Origin: an uncultured bacterium
GTDB lineage: Bacteria > Krumholzibacteriota > Krumholzibacteriia > LZORAL124-64-63
NCBI GenBank assembly: GCA_963732385.1
Contig: CAVSZB010000007.1
Coordinates: 1,280,001 to 1,344,000, forward strand
Length of the DNA stretch: 64,000 nt
Direction: 5' to 3'
In this document: piece after piece, positions 30,235 through 39,982 of the stretch
Layout: the number at the start of each line of letters is the position of its first letter
Numbering within the stretch: the stretch's first letter is position 1
Position numbers and translations under genes: made by a program
Notes under the pieces: model-generated
What the model was told of the DNA's origin: nothing
Database searches by the model: none
What the model saw: only the letters and a program-made list of their open reading frames with translations

Positions 30235-31569
30235 ATGACGCCGCTTGCCCTCCTCCCCCTGCCGCGCGAGATCCCGCTGCCGATGCCGGCCGATCCGGCG
30301 CTGCTGCAGGCGCTGCTGGTCGTGCTGTTCCTGCTGCACATCCTGTTCGTGAACCTGACGGTCGGCAGCTCGCTGCTGGCGCTCTGGGCCGAATGGACCG
30401 GGCGCCGCCGTCCCGCCTTCGATGCGCTGGCCCACGCGATCGTGCGCACGATCACTGTGAACAAGAGTCTCGCCGTGGTGCTGGGCGTGGGACCGCTGCT
30501 GGTCATCAACGTGATCTACACGGTGTTCTTCTATTCGGCCAATTCCCTCACCGGCGCCGCCTGGATCATGATCGTGCCGCTGGTGACGGCGGCGTTCCTC
30601 GCCGCCTACGCCCACAAGTACTCCTGGGAGCGCCTGGCTCACCGGAAGGGGCTGCATCTGGCGCTGGGCGGCCTCTCGAGCCTGCTGTTCCTGATCGTGC
30701 CGTTCATCTTCCTGACGAACATCAACCTGATGCTCTTCCCGGAACGCTGGACGCAGGTGCACGGCTTCCTTTCGGCCCTGCTGCTGCCGAACGCCCTGCC
30801 GCGTTATTTGCATTTCGTGACCGCGAGCGTCTCCCTGACCGCGCTGTTCTTGCTGCTCTGGTTCACCCGCCCCGGCTTTCCGCTCGACACCGAATTGCCC
30901 GGCTTCGACCGGCCGACGCTGCGGCGGCTGTTCTACCGGATCGCGCTGGGCGCCACGGCGCTGCAGCTGCTCGCCGGCCCGCTGGTGCTGTTCACCCTGC
31001 CGCGCGCGGGGTGGAGCGGCTTCCTCTGGATCGTGATCGGCACCGGGGTGACGTGCGCCCTCTGGGCGATCGGGCTGATGGCGCGCGAATCGCTGCGGTC
31101 CGACAACCGGGTGGGCAGCCACTTCCTGCTGATCGTGGGCCTGATCACGACGACCGCCTTCTGCATGGGCTACGGCCGCCACGTCTACCGTGAGACGGCG
31201 GTGACCGCCCACCGCGAAGCGATGGCGACGCGCACCGCTGACTACGGCTGGGCGACGGCAGCGGCGCAGTGGCGCGAGGCAACCGGGGTCGGCCCCGACA
31301 CGACCCCGCTCGGCGAGCGCATCTTCAACGGCACCTGCGCGAGCTGCCACGCGCTCGATCGCGTCCTGGTCGGCCCGTCGCTGCGGGAGATCGCGCAGCT
31401 GTACACCGGCAATCCCGGCGGCATCGCCCGCTGGGCCGACGCCCCCGGCAAAAAACGCGCGGGCTTCCAGCAGATGCCGGCCTTCCGGCTCGGCAGCGAA
31501 AAGCTGCTGGCGGTGGCCGAATACATGCTGCAACTCGGCAGCGGTCAGGCGCCGCAGCGACTTGACTAA
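30235..31569 (+). CDS. Second polytopic membrane protein (CydA'-like) fused to a C-terminal cytochrome c
   Basis: FLLHILFVN, GVGPLL, PRYLHF; CASCH..D..LVGPSL..I and QMP class I cytochrome c motifs. Confidence 0.7.
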   Translation: MTPLALLPLPREIPLPMPADPALLQALLVVLFLLHILFVNLTVGSSLLALWAEWTGRRRPAFDALAHAIVRTITVNKSLAVVLGVGPLLVINVIYTVFFYSANSLTGAAWIMIVPLVTAAFLAAYAHKYSWERLAHRKGLHLALGGLSSLLFLIVPFIFLTNINLMLFPERWTQVHGFLSALLLPNALPRYLHFVTASVSLTALFLLLWFTRPGFPLDTELPGFDRPTLRRLFYRIALGATALQLLAGPLVLFTLPRAGWSGFLWIVIGTGVTCALWAIGLMARESLRSDNRVGSHFLLIVGLITTTAFCMGYGRHVYRETAVTAHREAMATRTADYGWATAAAQWREATGVGPDTTPLGERIFNGTCASCHALDRVLVGPSLREIAQLYTGNPGGIARWADAPGKKRAGFQQMPAFRLGSEKLLAVAEYMLQLGSGQAPQRLD

Positions 31570-31615
31570 ATAACACCACTTGACAAATAGATCAAGTCGC
31601 TCTATTTAGACAAGT
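31560..31615 (+). promoter_or_regulatory. AT-rich promoter/operator of the AbiE-like operon
   Basis: TTGACA at 31580; repeats ACTTGACTAAATAA and ACTTGACAAATAG plus inverted CTATTTAGACAAGT abutting the ATG. Confidence 0.6.
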
Positions 31616-32668
31616 ATGGATTCACTCCCGAAATCTGGCCGCTTTGCCGGCAAAGTGCCTGAAGTGCTGGCTGAACTCCTGGGGATCAGCCGGGCGGACC
31701 TCGATCTTCGCCCGCGCGACCCAACCGGGGCTGACCTGATCATCGCCGCCGGACAAACCTTCGTCATCGCCTTCAACAAGTCCACCGGCGCCGCTCCGAT
31801 CGCCGCGGTCGCGAAGAGGGTGCAGGAGCTGGCCAGGCGTGTCCGCCGACGTGCCGTGCCGCTTGTCGCGGTGCCGTTCATGGGCGAGGTCGGTCGCAGA
31901 GCCTGCGACGAGGTCGGCGTAGGCTGGCTCGACCTCAGCGGCAACGCGTGCATCGTCGCGCCCGGCCTCCGGGTGCTCGTCGATGGCCGGCCGAACCGCT
32001 TCCGGGCGGTAGGGCGACCACCGAACCTGTTCGCGCCGAAAAGCTCGCGCATCGTACGGTGGCTCCTCATCCATTCTGCCGAGCACGTCAGCCAGCGAGA
32101 ATTGGCCCGCGCCACCGGCCTCGACGAGGGTTTCGTCAGCCGCCTCGTGGCCCGCCTGGTGCAGGACGACTATCTCGTCCGCGATGTGCATGGAGCCGTC
32201 CGTCCCAGGGATCCGGCGCTGCTGCTCGACGCCTGGCGGGAGACCTGCCCGTTCTCGAAGCACACTCTCCACCAGGGGCATGTCGCCGCCCGCTCGGGGG
32301 ATACGCTCCTGCGATTCGTCACCGACACGCTCGTGGAGCAGGGGATCGAGCATGCGGCCACGGGGCTGGCCGCCGCCTGGGCGCTCACCCGTTTCGCCGC
32401 CTTCCGGATCGCCACGGTCTACCTGCCCACCGATCCGTCGTTCGCGCTTCTCGAACGGCTCAATTGTCGCGAGGATCCGCGCGGCGCGAATCTCTGGCTC
32501 GTGGTTCCGAACGACGCGGGCGTGTTCCAGGGCGCCTTCAAGCAGGATGGCATCAGGTGCGTTCACCCCGTGCAGGTCTACGTCGATCTCAAGGGCCACC
32601 CGGAGCGGGCAACGGAGGCCGCGGAGCGCCTGCGAAGCGAGCTGCTGACCTGGAGACCTGGTGACTGA
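31616..32668 (+). CDS. Type IV toxin-antitoxin AbiEi-like antitoxin / winged-helix regulator
   Basis: HTH SQRELARATGLDEGFVSRLVARL; C-terminal VHPVQVYVDL..HPERATEAAE; stop overlaps the downstream NTase gene. Confidence 0.7.
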   Translation: MDSLPKSGRFAGKVPEVLAELLGISRADLDLRPRDPTGADLIIAAGQTFVIAFNKSTGAAPIAAVAKRVQELARRVRRRAVPLVAVPFMGEVGRRACDEVGVGWLDLSGNACIVAPGLRVLVDGRPNRFRAVGRPPNLFAPKSSRIVRWLLIHSAEHVSQRELARATGLDEGFVSRLVARLVQDDYLVRDVHGAVRPRDPALLLDAWRETCPFSKHTLHQGHVAARSGDTLLRFVTDTLVEQGIEHAATGLAAAWALTRFAAFRIATVYLPTDPSFALLERLNCREDPRGANLWLVVPNDAGVFQGAFKQDGIRCVHPVQVYVDLKGHPERATEAAERLRSELLTWRPGD

Positions 32669-33102
32669 CAAACCCGGGCGAGCCTCAGCGTACACGAGCG
32701 AGCAGGTCAGGCTCGTGCGGGCGACCTGTCTGTACGTCGCCACCAGGCTCGGCGACCTGATGGATGACTTGGTTGTGGTCGGCGGTCTCGTTCCCTCGCT
32801 GCTCGTTGAAAGCACTGGCGTTTTGGGGCCGCGGGGAGAACAAGGACGCGTACGACCTCTACTACTTCATCCGCAATTTCGGCGCAGGCGTCGGGGACGT
32901 GGCGAACTGCCTGCGCCCACTTCTTGGCGACGAAGAGTCGCAGCGTGCGCTCCAGGTCCTGCGCAACGATTTCCTTGATCACGATGCCCTCGGACCCCGC
33001 CGGGTCGCGGAATTCCTGCAGGGTCGACCCGATGACGATATCCAGGCGGACGTGGTCGGGTTCATGAGGGCACTGCTCGAACGCTGCCGGCTTTCCCCAT
33101 GA
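32661..33102 (+). pseudogene. AbiEii-like nucleotidyltransferase toxin, internally deleted and frameshifted at ~32805
   Basis: N-terminal LVVVGGLVPSLLV in one frame, C-terminal LKALAF.GRGENKDAYDLYY in the +1 frame; no DxD motif between them. Confidence 0.7.
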
Positions 33103-33106
33103 ACAG

Positions 33107-33134
33107 GGCCCCCGCGGCTCGTGCCGCGGGGGCC
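33107..33134. terminator. Perfect 12-bp hairpin between convergent genes
   Basis: GGCCCCCGCGGC-TCGT-GCCGCGGGGGCC. Confidence 0.55.
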
Positions 33135-33175
33135 ACAGAAAAGACCGTCTTCAGAGCTTTACGCCGGTCGTTCCA

Positions 33176-36100
33176 TCATTTGACAAGGCTCATGCGCACC
33201 GTCCGCAGCGTGCCCCCCGCCTGCAGGCGGGCGAAGTAACTCCCCGAAGCCACCGACTGGCCGTCATCGTCACGACCGTTCCAGACCGCCCGCTGGCTGC
33301 CCCGGGGCAGATCGGCATCCACCAGGCCGCGCACCAGCTTGCCGCGGAGATCGTAGATCGCCAGGCGCGCCCGACCGGCTTCCGGCAGGTCGAAACGGAT
33401 CGTGGTCTGCGGATTGAACGGATTCGGCTGGTTGGGGTACAGACGCAGCTGGACGACCTGCGCCCCCGGCACACCGGTCGTCTGGTCCGGCGCCAGCACG
33501 GCGCACCCGCTCTCGTTCCCGTTCACGTCCACCGCCGACAGCTTGTAGTAGCTGCCGGACGGAGCGTCGTCCGCGTAGGCAAGCGACTGGCTCGTGGCGA
33601 TGAGACTGCCCGCGTCGGGCGTGAAGTCCGCCGTCGTGCCGCGGTAGATCCGGTAGTACCACAGGTCCGGTTCCAGGCTGGCGTCCCATTCCAGGGTGGT
33701 CACCCCGGCCAGGTAGGCGCCCACCAGACCAACCGGGGGCGCCGGCGGCAGGTTGTCCACCGAGTAGCCCGAGTCGGGAGTCGAGTCGTACATGACCCCC
33801 AACGTCGCCGTCGACGCCCGCACGAAGTAGACAGCCCGGTGGATCCCCGTCGAGTTCGAGTCGGCCAGCGTCGGCACGACCGTCTCGTACGGACCGTCGG
33901 TCGTGGCCGGCACCGCGCTTACGTAGTCCCAGCCCAGCAGCGCCTTGTCGGAGGTCGCGTCCGGTTCGCTGCCCGTCACCGGCGCCTCAGCACCGTTCGG
34001 CGCGGCCAGCTTGGTCCCGGCGCTCTTGCGGTAGATGTAATAATTGATGATCGGCGTGGCCGACCCGAGATAGTCGAAGCCGCTCGCGGCGAACTTCAGC
34101 CGCACCTGCAGCCCCTGATCGGCCTTGATGTCCAGGATGCTGGTGACGGCCGGCGCCGCGCTGGCCACGACGTTCTGGAACCGCGTGTCCGAGATGCTGC
34201 CGAACAGCCTCCCGTCGCCGCTGTACACCGCCGACAAGGCCCGCACGCCCAGCCGGGGCGCGAACAACGCCAGGCCGGCCACGCCGCTGTTCACCGGCGA
34301 AGTGCCCAGCAGCGTGGTGCCGTCGAAGAAGCTCACGGTGCCGGTCGGCGTGCCGGAGCCAGGCGCCGGCACCGACACGGTCGCCGTGAGCGTCACCGGC
34401 GCGCCGAGCATGGCCGGGTTGGGACTGATGGCGAGGGCGGTGCGCGTGGGCGTGAACGCGAGCAGCACCGAGACCGAGCTGGAGTTGCTGTTCGCCACCG
34501 CCAGGTCGGGTCGGCCATCGCCGTTCGCATCGCCCAGTGTGGCCGAGATCGGATAGCTTCCCAGCGTGAAATCGGTCTTCGCCCCGAACCCGCCCACGCC
34601 ATCGCCGAGCAGAACCGACAGCGTGCCGGCGTTGTAGTTCACTGCCGCCAGGTCGGGCCGGTCGTCGCCGGTCAGGTCGGCCAGGACGACCGAATACGGA
34701 CCGGTCCCCGTCGTGAAGTCGGTCCTGGTGCCGAAGCTGCCCGTGCCGGTGCCGGGCAACACCGAGATCGTGTTCGAATTGAGATTCGCCACCGCCAGGT
34801 CGGGCCGGCCATCACCGTTGGCGTCCCCGATGGCGACCGCGGACGGGCTCGTCCCGGTCGTGAAGTCCGTCTTCGCCCCCAATGCGCCCGTGGAACTGCC
34901 GAGCAGCACCGAGACCGTGCTGGAGTTGTAATTCGCCACCGCCACATCGGAGCGGCCGTCGCCGCTGACGTCCCCGATGGCGACCGCGAGCGGAGAGGAC
35001 CCCACCGCGTAGTCGGCCCGGCTCCCGAAGCCGCCCGCGCCGTTGCCGGGCAGGACCGAGACCGTGTTGGCGAAGTAGTTAGCCACGACCAGGTCGGGCT
35101 GGCCATCGCTGGTCACGTCGCCGATGGCGACCGAGTGCGGTCCGTTCCCCGTCACGAGATCCGTCCTCGTGCCGAACCCGCCCGCGCCGTTGCCCAGCAG
35201 CACCGAGACCGTGTTCGAATTGAGGTTCGCCACCGCCAGGTCAAGCCGGCCATCGCCGCTCACGTCCCCGATGGCGACCGCATACGGAGTGGACCCCATG
35301 GCGAAGTCGGTCTTCGCCCCGAACCCTCCCGTGCCGTTGCCCAGCAGCACCGAGACCGTGTTGGCGGTACGGTTCGCCACCGCCAGATCGAGCCAGCCAT
35401 CTCCGTTCACATCCCCGCTGGCGACCGAAGCCGGATTCGACCCGGCCGTGAAGTCCGTCCTGGCCCCGAACCCGCCCATGCCGTTGCCCAGCAGCACCGA
35501 CACGGTGGATGCGTCGTAGTTCGCGGTCGCCAGATCGGGCCGGCCATCGCCATTGACATCCCCGCGGACCACCCCATTCGGACCGGCCCCCGTCGCGAAG
35601 TCGGTCTTCGCCCCGAACCCGCCCGTGCCGTTACCCAGCAACACCGACACCGTGGAGGACAAACTGTTCGCCACCGCCAGATCGGCCCGGCCATCGAGGC
35701 TCACGTCCCCGATGACGACCGCATAGGGCGCGGTCCCCGTCGCGTAGTCGGTCCGCGCCCCGAACCCGCCCGTGCCATTGCCCGGCAACACCGACACCGT
35801 GGAGGCGCCATAGTTCGCCACCGCCAGGTCGGGTCGGCCATCGCCACTCACATCCCCGATGGCCAGGGCGATCGGCAGATTCCCCGTTCCAAAGTCGGTC
35901 CTGGCCCCGAATCCACCCGCGCCGTTGCCCAGCAACACCGACACCGTCCCGGCATTGAAGTTCGCCGTTGCCAGATCGAGCCGGCCGTCGCCGCTCACGT
36001 CCCCGATGGCGACCGCATACGGATAGTTCCCCGTCGCGAAGTCGGTCTTCGTGCCGAACCCGCCCATCCCGTTGCCCAGCAACACCGACACCGTGTTGGC

Positions 36101-36646
36101 GCCGGCGTTCGCCGCCGCGAGGTCGGGCCGGCCATCGCCGTTGACGTCCCCGATGGCGACCGAGAGCGGACTGCTCCCCGTCGGAAAGTCGGTCTTCGGC
36201 CCGAACCCGCCCGCACCGTTGCCCAGCAGGACCGAGATCGTATTGCCGCCATAGTTGGCGACCGCCAGGTCGGGCCGCCCGTCGCCATTGAGGTCCCCCA
36301 CGGCGACCGAATTCGGATAGCTGCCGGTTGCGAAGTCCGTCTTCGCCTCGAACCGGCCCGCACCATTGCCGAGCAGCACCGAGACCGTGGCGGAACTGCA
36401 GTTCACCACCGCCAGATCGGGCGCGCCATCGCCGTTGAGATCTCCCATGACGGCCGAGACGGGATTCTCCCCGGTCGGGAAGTCCACGCGGGTGCCGAGG
36501 CTGAAACCCTGTGCGGTCGCCGTAGCCGGGAACAGCCCCGCAAGACCCGCCAGCACGAGCAGGCTCGCGCTTCCCGGAAGTGCCCATTTCCCCGACCGCA
36601 GGCACGAACGCCAAGCATATCCCTGAATGCCGGACCACCGTTGCAT
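33176..36646 (-). CDS. Secreted FG-GAP/VCBS repeat protein (14 repeats) with Ig-like domains and a FlgD-Ig C-terminal domain
   Basis: 14 GDxxGDGxxDL repeats of ~49 aa; VTLTATV..PTGTVSFFDG Big_3-like domain; PNPFNPQTTIRF...WNGRDD.G..VASG.YF C-terminus. Confidence 0.9.
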   Translation of the reverse strand: MQRWSGIQGYAWRSCLRSGKWALPGSASLLVLAGLAGLFPATATAQGFSLGTRVDFPTGENPVSAVMGDLNGDGAPDLAVVNCSSATVSVLLGNGAGRFEAKTDFATGSYPNSVAVGDLNGDGRPDLAVANYGGNTISVLLGNGAGGFGPKTDFPTGSSPLSVAIGDVNGDGRPDLAAANAGANTVSVLLGNGMGGFGTKTDFATGNYPYAVAIGDVSGDGRLDLATANFNAGTVSVLLGNGAGGFGARTDFGTGNLPIALAIGDVSGDGRPDLAVANYGASTVSVLPGNGTGGFGARTDYATGTAPYAVVIGDVSLDGRADLAVANSLSSTVSVLLGNGTGGFGAKTDFATGAGPNGVVRGDVNGDGRPDLATANYDASTVSVLLGNGMGGFGARTDFTAGSNPASVASGDVNGDGWLDLAVANRTANTVSVLLGNGTGGFGAKTDFAMGSTPYAVAIGDVSGDGRLDLAVANLNSNTVSVLLGNGAGGFGTRTDLVTGNGPHSVAIGDVTSDGQPDLVVANYFANTVSVLPGNGAGGFGSRADYAVGSSPLAVAIGDVSGDGRSDVAVANYNSSTVSVLLGSSTGALGAKTDFTTGTSPSAVAIGDANGDGRPDLAVANLNSNTISVLPGTGTGSFGTRTDFTTGTGPYSVVLADLTGDDRPDLAAVNYNAGTLSVLLGDGVGGFGAKTDFTLGSYPISATLGDANGDGRPDLAVANSNSSSVSVLLAFTPTRTALAISPNPAMLGAPVTLTATVSVPAPGSGTPTGTVSFFDGTTLLGTSPVNSGVAGLALFAPRLGVRALSAVYSGDGRLFGSISDTRFQNVVASAAPAVTSILDIKADQGLQVRLKFAASGFDYLGSATPIINYYIYRKSAGTKLAAPNGAEAPVTGSEPDATSDKALLGWDYVSAVPATTDGPYETVVPTLADSNSTGIHRAVYFVRASTATLGVMYDSTPDSGYSVDNLPPAPPVGLVGAYLAGVTTLEWDASLEPDLWYYRIYRGTTADFTPDAGSLIATSQSLAYADDAPSGSYYKLSAVDVNGNESGCAVLAPDQTTGVPGAQVVQLRLYPNQPNPFNPQTTIRFDLPEAGRARLAIYDLRGKLVRGLVDADLPRGSQRAVWNGRDDDGQSVASGSYFARLQAGGTLRTVRMSLVK

Positions 36647-36750
36647 CGCAGTTCCCCCTGTCGAGTCAAGATCCCCCGGCGAAACGCCCTCGGATAGCGG
36701 AGCGATGGGAAGAAGCAACGATTCCAGCAATATCACAAGTCTGATGAATC

Positions 36751-36879
36751 CCTTGTGCCGCCCAAATTGTTTCTCTCCAGGAAACACCGGATAATTTGAT
36801 CTTATGCGCCCGAAAACGGGCCTCTTTTGTCGGATTGGGGCCTGCAGGACAGGCCGGAAACAATTTGGGCGGCACAAGG
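36751..36879. mobile_element. MITE-like element, copy 2 (perfect 23-bp terminal inverted repeats), opposite orientation to copy 1
   Basis: CCTTGTGCCGCCCAAATTGTTTC (36751-36773) and GAAACAATTTGGGCGGCACAAGG (36857-36879). Confidence 0.7.
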
Positions 36880-37017
36880 AGCTGCGAGACACCGCAGCGA
36901 CGAATTGGTGCGCGGGCGGGCTGCCCGGCGTAGGATCGGGCGTGGGTCGAACGAGGCGGCCACGCGGTCGGCTGCCATCGCCACCGCACCCCGAACCGCA
37001 ACGATCGGAGTCCGCTC

Positions 37018-37503
37018 ATGAACCCGGCGCTTGCCCCCCTGCTCGCCCAGCTCAAGGTGAACGACTGGCTGTTCCGACAGTCGCTGGACGGCCTGACCGC
37101 CGGGGAGGCGGCGCACTCGCCCGACGGGAAGATCAACTCGCCGCAGTGGGTGGCCGGCCACATGGTCTATGCGCGCGCCGCGCTGGCCCGGCTGCTCGGA
37201 CTGACGGAGGAGCTGACACCGTTCGGCGGCGTGTTCGACCGGGGCGCGCCGTTCGACCCGGCGGCCGCCTACCCACCGCTAACCGAGATCACCGCGCTGT
37301 TCGCAGACCTCGGCCAACGGATCCGCACCCGCGCAGAGACGATCTCCGAGGCCGTGCTCGCCGCCCCCGCGCCGTTCAATCTGCCGATCAGCGACAAGTC
37401 CATCCTCGGCGGCATCGCCTTCCTGGCGCTGCACGAAAGCTACCACGCCGGCCAGCTCGGGTACCTGCGCCGACTGCTCGGTTACGACTCGGCAACCGGC
37501 TGA
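37018..37503 (+). CDS. DinB/YfiT-family protein
   Basis: NSPQWVAGHM and HESYHAGQLGYLRR His motifs. Confidence 0.85.
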   Translation: MNPALAPLLAQLKVNDWLFRQSLDGLTAGEAAHSPDGKINSPQWVAGHMVYARAALARLLGLTEELTPFGGVFDRGAPFDPAAAYPPLTEITALFADLGQRIRTRAETISEAVLAAPAPFNLPISDKSILGGIAFLALHESYHAGQLGYLRRLLGYDSATG

Positions 37504-37681
37504 GCGGGGCGTGAGCTGGCGCCGGACGCGGTCATGGCGAGGTCAGACAGCCCCTCCTCTGTGCAACCCTCGCGGTTGCGGCGTTCCGGCAGTCCCGTCT
37601 GACGCCGGCAACTTTGAGTAAGCACTTCCGTAATGTCGCGCATCGCCCCCGACGATCCACCATGTCGCCACGGGAGATCGC

Positions 37682-39928
37682 ATGCTGTGCCGTCATCTGC
37701 TCTGCGCGCTTATGCTGACGATCGCCCTCGCCGCATCCGTCGCGGCGCAGACCGAATTCACCCCCCAGGTCCGACCGACCCTCTCCATCCAGCGGACGAG
37801 CGGGCCGATCACGATCGACGGCCGCCTCGACGACGAAGGGTGGCGCGGGGTCGCCCGGGCCGAGGGCTTCGCCGAGGTTGAACCCAACGAGCATGCGCGT
37901 CCCCCGGTCGGGACCGAGGCGTTCGTCGCCTTCGACGACGACCGGCTCTATGTGGCGTTTCGCTGCGAGGACGATCCCGCGGCCGTGCGCGCCTCGCTCT
38001 GCGAGCGGGACAAGATGTGGAACGACGACCACGTCTACGTCCTGATCGACACCTACGGCAGCCAGAACTGGGCGTACGAGCTATCGACCAATCCGCTGGG
38101 CGTCCAGGGGGACTGCCTCTGGTCGGCGGGCGGCGTCGAGGACTACGGGTTCGATGTCGTGTACGACACGGCCGGCCGGCTGACCGACACGGGCTACGAG
38201 GTCGAATTCGCGGTGCCGTTCTCCAGCCTGCGGTTTCCCGACGCGCCCAGCCAGACCTGGCGCGTGAACTTCTGGCGGGTGCACCCCCGCGCCGCAAAGT
38301 CCGAGTATGCCTGGGCCGCGAACAGCCGGGACGACCCCTGCTGGCCGTGCCAGTGGGGCACGCTCACCGGGCTCGATAACGTGCGGCCCGGCAGGGGCTT
38401 CGAACTGCTCCCCGCCTTCACCTCCCGCCAGACCTCGGTGCGCGGTCCCGACGGCCGGATGGCCGACGGGGACCTGCTGGGCGCGCCGTCGCTCGGCGTG
38501 AAGTACGCCCCCACCTCCAGCCTGATGGCGGAGGCGACGGCGAACCCGGACTTCAGCCAGGTGGAGTCGGACGCGGCGCAGATCGACGTCAACTCCACGT
38601 TCGCGCTGTTCTTCCCCGAGAAGCGCCCCTTCTTCCAGGAGGGGAGCGACATCTTCGCCACACCGTTCACGGTCGTCTACACGCGCAGCATCAACGATCC
38701 CGACTTCGCGGCCAAGCTGACCGGGCGTCCGGGGCGCAACGCGGTGGCCTTCCTCTCCGCCGTCGATGCCCGCACGCCGATCACGCTGCCGTTCGAGGAG
38801 CGCAGCGCGTTCGCGCTCGGCGGGCGGAGCGTGTCCAACATCCTGCGGCTGCAGCGTTCGCTCGGAGAGGAATCGCGGCTCGGGCTGATCGGCACCGACC
38901 GGCGGCTCGAGGGGGGCGGCTCGGGCACGACGGCCGGCCTCGACGGCAACGTGCGCCTGACGCAGCAGTGGCGGCTGCAGGGACAGGCGGTCTGGAGCCG
39001 CAGCGTCGAGCCCGACGACCCGGCTCTCACCTCCGGGCTCGAGGGGCTCACCTTCGACGATGGCCGGCACACCGCGGTCTTCGACGGCGAATCCTACTCC
39101 GGGCAGGCGTACTACGGCAGCCTGCAGCGGCGCGCACGGCGCTGGAACCTGAACCTCGACTACATCGATCGCAGCCCGACGTTCCGCGCCGACAGCGGCT
39201 TCGAGCCGCAGAACGATCTGCGCGAGGCGTGGGTGATCAACGGCTACAACATCTACTTCGACCGGGGACTGCTGCAGCGCGTTTCGAACCACCTCTACCT
39301 GCGCCGCGCCTGGAACTACGCCGGAGCCGTGAAGAACAACTACCTGCAGGCGGACGTGGCGCCCCGCTTCCGTTGGGCGCAGCTCAACGGGCACGTGCAG
39401 TACACCCGCGACGACGAACTGTACGCCGGCCGACAGTACGACGGGACCTGGCTGGTGCACTCCTGCTGGAACGTCACCCCGCTCAACGCCGTGACCGCGG
39501 ACTTCGGCCTGACGCGCGGACACCTGATCGCCCGCAACTTCGAGCGGCTGGGCGACGAAACCCGGTACAGCGCCTCGCTGACCCTGCGCCCGCTCGACCG
39601 GCTCGCGCTCGACCTGAGCTACAGCCACGCCGACAGCCGGGACCTCGCCACGGACGAGCGTCTCTTCGCCGGCTACGTCACGCGCGGCAAGCTCGGGCTG
39701 CAGGTCTCGCGCGAGTTGTCGGTCCGGCTCGTCGGGCAGTACAGCGATTTCCGCCGCTCGTGGGAGGTCGATCCTCTGGTGTCCTACCGCCTCAGCCCGT
39801 TCTCCATCTTCTACGTCGGTTCCACGCGCGATTATGCGCGCTACGCCGCCGTGGAGGATGGCACCGAGAGCTGGCAGCTGGGCGAGCGCACCTACTTCCT
39901 GAAGTTGCAGTACCTGCTGCGGCCGTGA
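37682..39928 (+). CDS. DUF5916 protein (N-terminal CBM9-like domain, probable outer-membrane beta-barrel)
   Basis: IDGRLDDEGW, EFAVPFSSLRF, NPDFSQVESD, FFPEKRPFFQEG, terminal FLKLQYL. Confidence 0.85.
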   Translation: MLCRHLLCALMLTIALAASVAAQTEFTPQVRPTLSIQRTSGPITIDGRLDDEGWRGVARAEGFAEVEPNEHARPPVGTEAFVAFDDDRLYVAFRCEDDPAAVRASLCERDKMWNDDHVYVLIDTYGSQNWAYELSTNPLGVQGDCLWSAGGVEDYGFDVVYDTAGRLTDTGYEVEFAVPFSSLRFPDAPSQTWRVNFWRVHPRAAKSEYAWAANSRDDPCWPCQWGTLTGLDNVRPGRGFELLPAFTSRQTSVRGPDGRMADGDLLGAPSLGVKYAPTSSLMAEATANPDFSQVESDAAQIDVNSTFALFFPEKRPFFQEGSDIFATPFTVVYTRSINDPDFAAKLTGRPGRNAVAFLSAVDARTPITLPFEERSAFALGGRSVSNILRLQRSLGEESRLGLIGTDRRLEGGGSGTTAGLDGNVRLTQQWRLQGQAVWSRSVEPDDPALTSGLEGLTFDDGRHTAVFDGESYSGQAYYGSLQRRARRWNLNLDYIDRSPTFRADSGFEPQNDLREAWVINGYNIYFDRGLLQRVSNHLYLRRAWNYAGAVKNNYLQADVAPRFRWAQLNGHVQYTRDDELYAGRQYDGTWLVHSCWNVTPLNAVTADFGLTRGHLIARNFERLGDETRYSASLTLRPLDRLALDLSYSHADSRDLATDERLFAGYVTRGKLGLQVSRELSVRLVGQYSDFRRSWEVDPLVSYRLSPFSIFYVGSTRDYARYAAVEDGTESWQLGERTYFLKLQYLLRP

Positions 39929-39982
39929 GGGCGGTGCCTGAGGCGACACGGCTGGTACCCGTCATATCCGCCGGGTCCTCGA

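Noticed and set aside
34480..36500. Regular 147-bp periodic repeats as a possible CRISPR array
   Set aside because: The units are in-frame FG-GAP coding repeats without unique spacers, and no cas genes are present
36647..36892. 82-codon N-terminal extension of the FG-GAP ORF in the ORF track
   Set aside because: It reads through the MITE-like element; the ATG at 36646 has a purine-rich RBS and precedes the signal peptide
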